The position numbers were made by a program, and so were the translations under genes. 64,000 bases of DNA from Acidobacteriota bacterium (lineage in GTDB: Bacteria; Acidobacteriota; Thermoanaerobaculia; Multivoradales; UBA5704): the NCBI GenBank assembly GCA_040005235.1, contig JBDTZG010000001.1, forward strand, positions 128,001 through 192,000, written 5' to 3'. Shown here piece by piece: positions 1-9,174 of this stretch. Positions within the stretch are counted from its first letter, which is position 1, and the number at the start of each line of letters is the position of its first letter. The notes below the pieces were generated by a model. That model was not told where the DNA came from, searched no databases, and worked only from the letters and a program-made list of their open reading frames with translations.

Positions 1-85
1 CATCATACTCTTATTGCTCTACCTCCAAAGAAAGCGCCAACTCTCGCTCCCTTCGCCGAACCGACTCCGGCCGCTCGGTTGGCGG

Positions 86-190
86 TTAGACGTGCTGATC
101 GACCAGGACCGGGTTTCCGTCAGGGTCGAGGGCCATGAAATACGCCGGCCCCTTCGTCGTCTCGTCGGCCTCGGCCACCAGTGTTCCTCC
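86..190 (-). pseudogene. 3' remnant of a VOC/glyoxalase-family gene
   Basis: The frame ends ...LVAEADETTKGPAYFMALDPDGNPVLVDQHV*, with the DPDGN motif typical of VOC C-termini. No matching N-terminus is present; the antitoxin gene lies upstream instead. Confidence 0.6.
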
Positions 191-252
191 TTTGGGATAG
201 AAGGCTGCCGAGCCCGACGCGATGTCGCGCTTGAATCTCTGCCTTCCTGATC

Positions 253-546
253 TTACGCCGCCAACTTCACCGCGACCGAGACGCCGGCTTTCGCACAGAG
301 TCCCACCAAATAGTCGAGCGAGAACTTCTCGACCTTGTTGCGAGCGATCTCGGAAATCCGAGGCTGCGCCACTCCCAGGTGCTCGGCGGCCTGTTTCTGG
401 GTCAGTCCTTCGCTGTCCATCCACCGGCGCAGAGCCTCGGCCAGCTCGCAACGAAGCAGAAGGATCGCCGCCTCATGTGGAGGAAATCCTAGGTCGAGAA
501 ATACATTGCCGCTCCCCGCGGTGACTCGTGTTTCAGTACTCTTCAT
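253..546 (-). CDS. XRE-family HTH antitoxin (HigA-like)
   Basis: ATG at 546 follows a GGAGG RBS. GSGNVFLDLG N-terminal motif and HTH LTQKQAAEHLGVAQPRISEI. Lies directly downstream of a RelE-like gene. Confidence 0.85.
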   Translation of the reverse strand: MKSTETRVTAGSGNVFLDLGFPPHEAAILLLRCELAEALRRWMDSEGLTQKQAAEHLGVAQPRISEIARNKVEKFSLDYLVGLCAKAGVSVAVKLAA

Positions 547-751
547 GGCGGTCCTCCGATCGGAACGCACCGGATTCGTCCCGTATTCGGATTTCGAAGG
601 CCTCGGCACCGACGCTCGGCATCGGCTTGAAATCCGCCGGTTCGCGTCCCGCCGGCACCATGAACAGCTCCTGCCCGGCGCTTCGACGAGCCGACGCAGG
701 GAACGCTGCCAAATCCTTGCGGGAGGTACCCACGAAGCGCACTTCCTTCAC
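533..751 (-). pseudogene. Truncated RelE/ParE (HigB, Gp49-like) toxin
   Basis: FVGTSRKDLAAFP...FKPMPSVG...EIRIRDESGAFR matches the family N-terminal half, then runs into the antitoxin RBS. The usual VIY...VLHAFQKK C-terminal part is absent (72 aa total). Confidence 0.75.
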
Positions 752-833
752 GGCCTGAGAATACGACTATCTGTAACTCGCCACGAATCGCATTTGGGTC
801 GCGGCCGGTCCAGAGCCGGGCTCCGCCCGTTTC

Positions 834-1179
834 GTGATCCAGGATCAACCGAGCCGGTCGAAGCTTCTGGTGACTGACGGGATTGCCGGCAGTACCCACG
901 AAATCTTCCGGATCGACGACCCGTTTGCCCGCACGTTCGTCGACGAGCCGACCGCCGCGGGCGCTCTTCTTATTTCTTCGCCGCCGATTCGGCGACCGGC
1001 CAAGAGCTCTGGGCCACCGACGGCACGACGGCCGGGCCCGGACATCCGTCATGCCCGGCCGGTTGTCTTCGACCCCCCAGGACTTCGCGGTGTACGGCGA
1101 CGATCTCTACTTCAGCGCCGGCCGGCCGGACGTCGGCTACGAGCTTTGGAAGCTGCCGCTTTCGGTGCTAGAGCCGTGA
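834..1179 (+). pseudogene. Frameshifted 3' remnant of an ELWxxDGT-repeat protein
   Basis: Motifs are spread over three frames: LLVTDGIAGST (frame of 834), YFFAADSATGQELWATDGTTAG (971-1036), and DLYFSAGRPDVGYELWKLP* (frame of 883). Confidence 0.7.
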
Positions 1180-1377
1180 AGCGGTCGACATCCGACTCCT
1201 TCGAATTGAAAGAGAGGGCGGTCAACTTGATGGAGTTGGCGAAGCCGTCTGTGGGGATCTGCGTGCGGCTCCAGGTTGGCACGGCCGTTGCTTGCTGTAT
1301 CCTTTGATCGCAGCAATGCTCGCATACGTTAATTTGGAATGTTTGAATCAAGGCGTTCTGGGACGGAGAATCCAATC

Positions 1378-1593
1378 ATGAGACTCGCGGATAGGGTAAC
1401 CACCCCGATGTTTCTCAGCAACGAGCTCTCGGGCCGACCGAAGCCGAAGCCGCTCCTCGCACGCGATCTCAAGCTGAGCGACATTTCTGAGGCCTACGAC
1501 ATCGTCGGAGAGGCGGCTAAAGAGAAAGCGCTCAACGTCATCCTCCGCACCGCAGGAGCCAAACGAGTCTCGCCAAAGAACAGCCGAGCTTGA
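1378..1593 (+). pseudogene. Degenerate C-terminal fragment of a zinc-dependent alcohol dehydrogenase
   Basis: TTPMFL...KLSDISEAYDIVGEAAKEKALNVIL resembles the C-terminus of MDR/Zn-ADH proteins. The rest of the gene is missing. Confidence 0.55.
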
Positions 1594-1838
1594 GGGACGA
1601 GTAGCCACCAGACGTGCGCTTAAAACGCGATCTTGTGGGTGCCAAGAGGATCTCCCTTGCCGGTGCATAGGGGGAAGTCTCCGACGTTAGAGATCACCGG
1701 CATCGCAATGCTGCGTAAGCGCGGCGTCGCTTGACCAGGCGGGCAAACCGCTGAGCTAATCAGCGTCAACCGCGAGCACCAGCTTTGGGCCGGGGCGACG
1801 TTGCAATCTATCTCGAACAGCCAGCCGGAGGAGTCTCA

Positions 1839-2717
1839 ATGAGCACCGCACTCGATCTCGTCACCCTTGCCGCCGCTCTTCGCGAGGTGGAATCGTTTTC
1901 CGGGGAGACCGGTTGGCGGGCACGCAACGCCGAGCAGAAGGCGCTCCTGGCGCGTCTCGAGACGCTGTCAGGCGATGCCGCCCGCGTGCCCGAGGTCGCC
2001 GCCTGGGCGCGCCGCACGGCCGAGGAGATCAACGAGATCCTCGCCGCGCGTGAATTCTCGATCCGCCTTAACCCTTGGCCCGACAACGGGGAGAGCTTCG
2101 GCGTCGTTGCGATCGCCGACGTGACGGTTGCCTGGCTTCTGGAGGGTAAGACGAAGGACGGCCGCGGCAAAGCGTTTGAAATTCACGGCCACCGGGCCTT
2201 CCGACTCGATGTGAGCCAAGCGGGGGTCAGCTTCCGCAGGGTGCCGGGAACGGATCACCCGCTGATTTGTGTTTCGACCCAATCGGGCGATGAGGTCTGG
2301 ATGATCCGGCTCGAGCAGCCCTCCGAGGGGCTCGCGCTTTTCGAGACCTGGGAACGCCTGCAGCAGGAGGCGGCCGCGGCCCCCCTCGCCGGGTTCGACG
2401 GCCTGATCGCGCCGATGATCCATCTGGACACGTCGCCCGACATCTCCTGGCTTCTGGGTTTCGAGGTCGGAACGACGCCGTGGGGCCTTGTGCAGGCTCT
2501 GGCGCAGATTCGGCTGGGAATGAACCAGAAGGGGGCGCGGGTCATTTCGGCCGTCGCGGTTGAAATGTCACGTGGTCTTCCCGAGCCGCCGATCGATTAT
2601 GTCCTTGAGGGTCCGTTCCTTTTCGCGTTGGTCCGTCCGGGTCTCACGCACCCGCTGGCCGTCGCCTACCTCGACGAGTCGTGCTGGCAGGATCCTGGAG
2701 ATCTTGGAACGATTTAG
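1839..2717 (+). CDS. Hypothetical protein with a serpin-like C-terminal region
   Basis: GGAGGAG RBS before ATG at 1839. The C-terminus QIRLGMNQKGARVISAVAVEMSRG...YVLEGPFLFALV resembles the serpin s5A-hinge-RCL-s1C/s4B pattern. Confidence 0.7.
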   Translation: MSTALDLVTLAAALREVESFSGETGWRARNAEQKALLARLETLSGDAARVPEVAAWARRTAEEINEILAAREFSIRLNPWPDNGESFGVVAIADVTVAWLLEGKTKDGRGKAFEIHGHRAFRLDVSQAGVSFRRVPGTDHPLICVSTQSGDEVWMIRLEQPSEGLALFETWERLQQEAAAAPLAGFDGLIAPMIHLDTSPDISWLLGFEVGTTPWGLVQALAQIRLGMNQKGARVISAVAVEMSRGLPEPPIDYVLEGPFLFALVRPGLTHPLAVAYLDESCWQDPGDLGTI

Positions 2718-2848
2718 TCGCTGGGTCCGGTGCTGTTGGCGCCGACGGCGATAGGCTGCGATCTCAGGGCGACGCCGCCCCCGTGATACCGTTTTGGATC
2801 TACCTCCAAAGCATCCTCCAGACCCTCGATCCCTTGAGGAACACCGAC

Positions 2849-3292
2849 ATGAAAGACGACCAAACCGTCCTGGCCGAGCTGGTCGAGCGCCACCCTGGCA
2901 TCCACGTTCTGCGCGGTGGCGGAGAGCATGGCCGGAGCTGGAACGGGATTCAGTACCAGCAGGGGATTTCGGGCCGGAACGTGGGTGCCAAGAACCTGTC
3001 GATCAATGTCGCGACGGTGCCGCCTGGGGCGATCGCTTATGCCCACATTCACGATGGGTTCGAGGTGATGCTCTACATCGTCCAGGGGCGGGTGCGCCAC
3101 GACTTCGGTGCGAATTTGGAGAACTCGGTGGAGAACGAGGCGGGCGATTTCATCTTCATCGAGCCGGGGGTGCCGCACGAGGTGTTCAATATCGGCGACG
3201 GGCCGCTCACCGCGTTCGTCGCCCGTTCGACCGCGGACGAGTGGGACAAGATCATCGATGTGCCGAGCCGCTATCGGCCGGAGGTGCTTTGA
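2849..3292 (+). CDS. Cupin domain protein
   Basis: Cupin motifs [15 protein letters not shown] and [12 protein letters not shown]; GAGGA RBS before ATG at 2849. Confidence 0.88.
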   Translation: MKDDQTVLAELVERHPGIHVLRGGGEHGRSWNGIQYQQGISGRNVGAKNLSINVATVPPGAIAYAHIHDGFEVMLYIVQGRVRHDFGANLENSVENEAGDFIFIEPGVPHEVFNIGDGPLTAFVARSTADEWDKIIDVPSRYRPEVL

Positions 3293-4581
3293 CCGTGCGC
3301 GGAAAGGCGATCCTGCTTGGAGCCTGTCTCCTGTCGTTGCTTCCCCCGGCCCTTCGCGCCGCCACCCCCTGGACGCCGCCCGACCCGGCGCTGGTCGAGC
3401 GGGCGCGAAAGCTTTTGGACGGAACACCCTTGATCGACGGCCATAACGATCTTCCTTGGGAATACCGCAAGCGGGTCGACCGCCGGATCGGCGAGATCGA
3501 CATCGCGAAGGACCAGACGAAGCTCGACCCTCCTCTCCACACCGATCTGCCGCGGCTGCGCAAGGGGGGCGTGGGTGCGCAGTTCTGGTCGGTCTATGTG
3601 CCGGTCGAGATGACGGCCGGCGAGGCGACGCGCGCGGTGTTCGAGCAGATGGACGTCGTCCGCCGGCTGGCCGAGCGGTACCCGAACGATCTGGAGTTGG
3701 CGTTTACGGCCGACGACGTGGTGCGCATTCACAAGGCGGGAAAGATCGCGTCGCTGATCGGGATGGAGGGGGGGCACGCGATCGACTCGTCGCTGCCGCT
3801 GCTACGCGCGTTCTACGCCGCGGGCGCTCGCTACATGACGATCACCCACACCAAGAACACCCCGTGGGCCGATTCAGCGACCGACGCGCCGAAGGCGAAC
3901 GGCTTGACCAAGTTCGGCGAAGAGGTGATTCGCGAGATGAACCGGCTGGGGATGCTGGTCGACCTCTCGCATGTTTCGCCCGACACGATGAAGGACGCGA
4001 TCGCGGTGGCGCAGGCGCCGGTGATCTTTTCCCATTCCTCCGCGCGCGCGCTCTGTGACCATCCGCGGAACGTCCCGGACGACGTGCTCGCGCTGCTGCC
4101 GAAGAACGGCGGGGTGGCGATGGTGACCTTCGTGCCCTCGTTCTTGACCGAGGCGCGGCGGCAGTGGGGCGCGGCGATCGACGGCGAGGAGAAGCGGCTG
4201 CAAGGTCTCCATCCCGAGAATGCCGAGCGGGTGAAGAGCGATCTGGCCGCCTGGAAGGTCGACCACCCCGAGCCGCAGCCATCGGTCGGAGACATCGCCG
4301 ACCATATCGAGCACGTCAAGAAGATCGCGGGGATCGACCACGTCGGGATCGGCTCGGATTTCGACGGCATCACCTCGACGCCGATCGGCGCGCGCGGCGT
4401 CGACGCGTTCCCGGTCGTGCTCGCCGAGCTGCTCCGCCGCGGCTGGAGCGACGCCGAGATCAAGAAGCTCGCGGGCGAAAACCTGCTGCGCGTCCTCCGA
4501 GAGGCCGAGACGGTGGCGAAGCGCCTGCAGAAGGAACGCCCGGCTTCCGAGGCGACGATCGAGGTGTTGGATAAAATGTAG
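3289..4581 (+). CDS. Secreted membrane/renal-type dipeptidase (peptidase M19)
   Basis: Signal peptide; [34 protein letters not shown] and GIGSDFDG motifs. The TTG start overlaps the cupin stop. Confidence 0.93.
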   Translation: MTVRGKAILLGACLLSLLPPALRAATPWTPPDPALVERARKLLDGTPLIDGHNDLPWEYRKRVDRRIGEIDIAKDQTKLDPPLHTDLPRLRKGGVGAQFWSVYVPVEMTAGEATRAVFEQMDVVRRLAERYPNDLELAFTADDVVRIHKAGKIASLIGMEGGHAIDSSLPLLRAFYAAGARYMTITHTKNTPWADSATDAPKANGLTKFGEEVIREMNRLGMLVDLSHVSPDTMKDAIAVAQAPVIFSHSSARALCDHPRNVPDDVLALLPKNGGVAMVTFVPSFLTEARRQWGAAIDGEEKRLQGLHPENAERVKSDLAAWKVDHPEPQPSVGDIADHIEHVKKIAGIDHVGIGSDFDGITSTPIGARGVDAFPVVLAELLRRGWSDAEIKKLAGENLLRVLREAETVAKRLQKERPASEATIEVLDKM

Positions 4582-4604
4582 GGGCGAGGCACCATGCCTG
4601 GCCC

Positions 4605-5186
4605 CTACGGCGGTTCGGTCTCCGAGTCCTCGGTTTCCTCAACCACAGAGAGGATCAAACCGCATTCGGGGCATTCCGCCGCGCCGGGCGGGAGGTTCGT
4701 GCCACAGGCGGGGCAGGCTCCCTCCCGCATTTCCGGAATCTCCTCGCGCAGGCCGGAAAGGTAGACCTCGCGGTCGACCGCGACAGCGGCCTCGGCATCT
4801 TCGACGCGGACGAACAGGCCGTATTGTTCGCCGGTGGCGCTCTTCTGGATCCGCACCGGGATCTCCCGCTGTTCGAGGGCTTCGGCGAGATCGAGAATCC
4901 AGTCGTAAGCGGCGGCGCGCACGATCACGACTTCGGCATCCGGCGGGATCGCGGGCTCGGGTTCCTTGGGTCCCTCGTCGTACTCTTCCTCGTCATCGTC
5001 TTCGTCCCGGTCTTCCTCCCGGTCTTCCTCCGCCGTCGGGGCCTGCCGGCGGGGCGCCAGATCGGCCTCCGGGTATTCGAACGGGACCTCGTCGTCGCGC
5101 ACGTCGGTCGGGCCGCCGCAGTCGAGGCACTCCAACACCTGCATTTGAAACTCCGACCGGCAGCGCGCGCAGTAGCGGATGAGCAT
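4605..5186 (-). CDS. Double zinc-ribbon protein with a DUF2007-like central domain and an acidic linker
   Basis: CARC..CLDC at the N-terminus, CPAC..CPEC at the C-terminus, LAEALEQREIP...YGLFVRVED in the centre, and an Asp/Glu-rich tract built from 12-bp repeats. Confidence 0.8.
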   Translation of the reverse strand: MLIRYCARCRSEFQMQVLECLDCGGPTDVRDDEVPFEYPEADLAPRRQAPTAEEDREEDRDEDDDEEEYDEGPKEPEPAIPPDAEVVIVRAAAYDWILDLAEALEQREIPVRIQKSATGEQYGLFVRVEDAEAAVAVDREVYLSGLREEIPEMREGACPACGTNLPPGAAECPECGLILSVVEETEDSETEPP

Positions 5187-5289
5187 CGGGGATCTCCGTG
5201 GAAGAGGGTACCGAGAGCGCGAATATAGAACGGCGGAGGCGTCGATTCGCGCGGCGGCACGGGTTTGAAACTAGAATGCATGACCAGCT

Positions 5290-6246
5290 ATGAATCCCAG
5301 AGTCTACGGCCTCGGCCTGCTGACGCTTTGTCTCGCGGCGCCCCGGGCGGCTGCGGCCGGCGAGCTGAGCGCCGCGGAGATCGCGTGCGACGCCCTCCGC
5401 CTTTCCGGCCTGCTCGAACGGAGCGCCGTTTCGGCGCCACAGTCAACGAAGACAACCAACCTCGCCCTGTCGTTGACCGCGAGCGGAGATTTCTTCGGGA
5501 TCGAAACCGGCGGCGGCGCGGCGGGCAGCCCGGATGCCGCGCTCGCGTTTTCGACCAACCCGGAAGAGACGACGCTGCTGCGCAACCCCGCTCGGCCGCA
5601 GCTCTTCTCGGTGAGCTTGACGCGCAACGATTTGAATTCCGACCGGGTGGTACCGGGCGACGCCCGCGAGCTGCACCTTTCGGTCAACCCGACGCTCGAT
5701 TTGGCGAATCCGCCGGCCGGAAACCTCTTGGCGATCGACAATCTCCTCGCGGGCGGCAAATCGACCGATGCCAAGCCGGGGCGCGGCCTCGGTTCGCTGA
5801 TCGTCCCGTGCCACGACGATTTCTCCGCCCGCGACGTCCACGTGTTTCGCGTCCTGTCTCGGATCGCCCGGATTGAGGCGGTCGGCGCCCGCAGCGTCGA
5901 GCTGGCGATCTATCGCGGCCCGCTCGCCGATTCCTACCGGTTCGATGCCTACGTCTACGATTCCGTGGGCGCCAGCCTCGGCCGCCTGTCGGGCGCGCTG
6001 TCGATTCCCTCGCAGCCCTCCGGCGAGCTGGGGGTCGCTTCGATGGAGGTCTTTCCCCCCTGCCAGGCGGGGACCGCCACCGAGTGCAGCAGCCTCGCGG
6101 GCGACGGCGCGATCGCGCTGTTCAAACCGGTGGTCTCCGGCCTGCCGCCGCCCACGCCGTACCGCGCCTCGACCGCCGGTCCGCACCAGACCGACGTCGA
6201 TTTCGCCGACCTGCTCGCCGGCACCTCTTGGAGGCGACCGCTGTGA
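5290..6246 (+). CDS. Secreted hypothetical protein (stand-alone copy of an unnamed ~290-aa domain)
   Basis: Signal peptide; collinear paralogy with the C-terminal domain of the next gene (AFSTNPEETTLL, DAKPGRG, VDFADLLAGTxWRRPL). Confidence 0.85.
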   Translation: MNPRVYGLGLLTLCLAAPRAAAAGELSAAEIACDALRLSGLLERSAVSAPQSTKTTNLALSLTASGDFFGIETGGGAAGSPDAALAFSTNPEETTLLRNPARPQLFSVSLTRNDLNSDRVVPGDARELHLSVNPTLDLANPPAGNLLAIDNLLAGGKSTDAKPGRGLGSLIVPCHDDFSARDVHVFRVLSRIARIEAVGARSVELAIYRGPLADSYRFDAYVYDSVGASLGRLSGALSIPSQPSGELGVASMEVFPPCQAGTATECSSLAGDGAIALFKPVVSGLPPPTPYRASTAGPHQTDVDFADLLAGTSWRRPL

Positions 6247-8285
6247 GCCGCGCCGCCGGTACAGTGCGAGGATTGCTGCTCGGTCTGCTTCTGGCGCCGG
6301 CCGGAGCCGGCGCCGAGACGTTTACCGTCCGCTCTTTGTCGAACGACACGTTCGTCCCCTCGAACCTGACGATCCAGGTCGGCGACTCGGTCCAATTTCT
6401 AAACCAGGGGAGCGGCTTTCACAACGTGATCGAGGACGGCGGAGCGTTCCGCTGCGCCGAAGGGTGCGACGGCCAAGGGGGGAGCGGCGATCCGTCGTCG
6501 GCCGGTTGGAGCTTCACCCTGACGTTCGATACCGCCGGCACGATCGGCTACTACTGCGATGTCCACGGCTCGCCGGGCGTCGGCATGATCGGCAAGATCC
6601 AGGTGATCGCCCCCGACTCGCCGGGCCGGCTCGAATTTTCCGCCGAGAGCTATTCCGCGGCAGAGGCGAGCGGCGGCACCTCGATCGTCGTCCGGCGCAC
6701 CGCCGGCACCACTGGCGCGGTTTCGGTCCATTACGCCGCGAGCCCAGGGACGGCCTCTGCGGCGGACTTCACGCCGACCTCCGGCACTCTCCTCTGGGCC
6801 GACGGCGAGGTCTCGGTGAAGACCTTCTCGGTTCCGATCGCGAACGACACCCTGGTCGAGGGCAACGAAACCGTGCGGCTCGCGCTCTCTCAACCGACCG
6901 GCGGCGCCTCACTCGGGCGGTCGAGCGCGGTGCTCACCCTGGTGGACGACGACGCGTTGAATTCTCCCGGCCGGCTGCGCTTCCGGGTGCCGACCTTTGT
7001 TGGCGCCGAAGGGAGCGCGGCGCAGATCGGCGTGGTGCGCGAGGCGGGCGCCGTCGGCGCGGTGTCGGCCGGCTACGCCACGAGCGACGGCACGGCCGCC
7101 GCCGGCTCGGCTGGCTCTGATTACCCCTCGACCTCCGGCACGGTCTCGTTCGCCGCCGGGGAATCGGGAGAAAAGACGATCTCGATTCCGCTGGCCGCAG
7201 ACGAGGACGTGGCGGCCGAGGCGTTCCAGATCGCGCTGTCGAACCCGATCGGCGGCGCGGTCCTCGCCTATCCGTCGCGCGCCACGGTGGTCATCCTGCC
7301 CTCTTCGGCAGCGGTGGGCGCGCTCACCGCCGACGAGGTCGCCTGCGACGCGGAGCGCCTCTCCGGCCTGCTCGCCCGCGGCCGGGCGCTCGCGCCGCGA
7401 TCGAGCCGGCCGACGTTTCTCGCGGCTTCGTTCACCGGCACGGGCGATTTCGCCGGCCTGGCCACCACCGGTCTCGGCGGGGCGGGCGGCGGCGGGGGAG
7501 AGGCGGCGCTCGCGTTTTCGACCAATCCGGAAGAGACGACGCTGCTCGCCAACCCCTCCCGACCGCAGCTCTTCTCGGTCAGCCTGGCGCGGAACGAGCT
7601 GAATTCCGACCTGGTGGCCCCGGGCTCCGCCGACGAGCTGCGGTTGACGATCAACCCGACGCTCGATGAGAACCCTCCGGCGGGCAACCTGCTGGCGATC
7701 GACAACCTCGCGGCAGCCTCGGGCCATCCCGCGGACGCCAAGCCGGGCCGCGGCATCGCGCCGCTGCTCGCCTCCTGCCATGGCGATTTCGGCGCCGGGG
7801 ACGTCCAGCTCTTCCGGGTTCTGCCCAAGCTCGCGCGCGGCGAGACGGCGGGGCCGGCGGAGGCCTCGGGATTCGAGCTGGCGATCTACCGCGGTCCCGA
7901 GCCCGACGCCTATCGGCTCGACCTTTTCCCCTTGGGCGCGAACGGTACGGCGAGCGGCCGGCTCTCGGTCCCGCTCGACGTCGTTCGCTCTGCCGGCGGC
8001 GACCTCGCGAGCGGCACCCTCCGTCGACTTGGGCCTTGCGCTCCGGGGCAGGCGAGCGGTTGCTCGGACCTCTCCGGCCTAGGGGGCAACGCTGCGCTGG
8101 CCCTGTGGAAGCCGGTGCTTTCCGGTACGCCCCCGGCGACGCCCTACCGGATTTCGGCCTCCGGCCCCGCGGAGGTCGCGGTGGATTTCGCCGATCTGCT
8201 GGCCGGCACGGCGTGGCGCCGGCCTTTGGAAGGATTGGAGCCGGGCGACGTTCGGCTCGGCTTCAACCTGATCCGCGATTTCTAG
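6243..8285 (+). CDS. Secreted cupredoxin + 2x Calx-beta + unnamed C-terminal domain protein
   Basis: GTG overlaps the upstream TGA. Type-1 Cu ligands FHNV...YYCDVH...GM. Calx-beta motifs DFTPTSGTLLWADGE..IANDTLVEGNE and DYPSTSGTVSFAAGE. Confidence 0.87.
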   Translation: MSRAAGTVRGLLLGLLLAPAGAGAETFTVRSLSNDTFVPSNLTIQVGDSVQFLNQGSGFHNVIEDGGAFRCAEGCDGQGGSGDPSSAGWSFTLTFDTAGTIGYYCDVHGSPGVGMIGKIQVIAPDSPGRLEFSAESYSAAEASGGTSIVVRRTAGTTGAVSVHYAASPGTASAADFTPTSGTLLWADGEVSVKTFSVPIANDTLVEGNETVRLALSQPTGGASLGRSSAVLTLVDDDALNSPGRLRFRVPTFVGAEGSAAQIGVVREAGAVGAVSAGYATSDGTAAAGSAGSDYPSTSGTVSFAAGESGEKTISIPLAADEDVAAEAFQIALSNPIGGAVLAYPSRATVVILPSSAAVGALTADEVACDAERLSGLLARGRALAPRSSRPTFLAASFTGTGDFAGLATTGLGGAGGGGGEAALAFSTNPEETTLLANPSRPQLFSVSLARNELNSDLVAPGSADELRLTINPTLDENPPAGNLLAIDNLAAASGHPADAKPGRGIAPLLASCHGDFGAGDVQLFRVLPKLARGETAGPAEASGFELAIYRGPEPDAYRLDLFPLGANGTASGRLSVPLDVVRSAGGDLASGTLRRLGPCAPGQASGCSDLSGLGGNAALALWKPVLSGTPPATPYRISASGPAEVAVDFADLLAGTAWRRPLEGLEPGDVRLGFNLIRDF

Positions 8286-8372
8286 GTATCCTTCCCGGCA
8301 GACTTCGATTCTAAACCCGCTCATTCGGAAGAGCCCGCGCCACCCGGCGCTTAAAGCCCCAAGGAGGCTTCC

Positions 8373-9089
8373 ATGCACGCGAACGCCCGCCGTAGCGCCA
8401 CCGCCGTCGGTCTCGTCGTCCTCTTGTCCGCGGCGCTCGCCGCACCCTCCCCGGGTCGCGCGGCCGGCGCGCCTCTCGGGGCGGAAACCCCCGAAAAACT
8501 GGTCGAACGGATGCGCAAGTCGGCGGAGAAGAAGGACTTCCGCGAGCTGGCGGCGTGTCTCGCGCCCGCGCCCAGGAAAGAGCTGGCGCAGATGATCTGG
8601 ATGGGCGCCACCATGATGATCGGCATGGCGGCCAGCATGGGCACGATGGCGCAGGGAATGGGCGAAGCGATGGCCGGGGAGGCCAAGGAAGGCGAAGCGA
8701 AAGCCGACCAGGCGCCGGCGGCTCCGGTGGCCCCGAAGGTCGATCCGAAGCTCGAAGCGCTCGCCCAGCGCTATGACGCCGTGGCGCACAAGCACGGCCT
8801 GCCGGGTCTGAAGGACGAAAAGGAGCCGACAGGCGATCCGGCGGCGCTGTTCGACATGGTTGACGCGGTCGAAGTAGTCGGCGATTTCGGCGCCCTGCTC
8901 GACGGCATCGGCGAGGCGACCGGCGAGTCCGCCCCCGCGCCGCCGGTCCCCGCGGGCAAGCTCGAAGGGCTGAAGATCGATGGCGACAAGGCGACCGGCA
9001 AGCTCGACGGCGAGCCGGTCACGTTCGAGAAGATCGACGGCCGCTGGTTCATCTCCGAGTTGCCGAAGAAGCCTGAAGCCGCGGAGTAA
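8373..9089 (+). CDS. Secreted hypothetical protein with a Met-rich helix and an NTF2/DUF4878-like C-terminus
   Basis: AGGAGG RBS, signal peptide, and C-terminus KIDGDKATG...VTFEKIDGRWFI. Confidence 0.8.
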   Translation: MHANARRSATAVGLVVLLSAALAAPSPGRAAGAPLGAETPEKLVERMRKSAEKKDFRELAACLAPAPRKELAQMIWMGATMMIGMAASMGTMAQGMGEAMAGEAKEGEAKADQAPAAPVAPKVDPKLEALAQRYDAVAHKHGLPGLKDEKEPTGDPAALFDMVDAVEVVGDFGALLDGIGEATGESAPAPPVPAGKLEGLKIDGDKATGKLDGEPVTFEKIDGRWFISELPKKPEAAE

Positions 9090-9091
9090 AG

Positions 9092-9120
9092 TTGACGAGC
9101 GGGCCGCGAAGTGGTATTCC
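9092..9120 (+). promoter_or_regulatory. Putative sigma70 promoter for the IPTL-CTERM gene
   Basis: TTGACG, 17 bp, TATTCC with an extended-10 TG. The -10 match is weak. Confidence 0.35.
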
Positions 9121-9174
9121 CCCGGACAACTTCGTCGTACTCCATTCCGGCAGGTTGACCCCGAGGATCGCCCG

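Noticed and set aside
1-30. Possible minus-strand gene start (GGAGG...ATGATG) leaving the window
   Set aside because: Only two codons are visible, so it cannot be supported.
1738-1810. GGGCAAACC start resembling a c-di-GMP-I riboswitch
   Set aside because: Lacks the GNRA-capped P2 stem and the downstream GACGCAAAG consensus.
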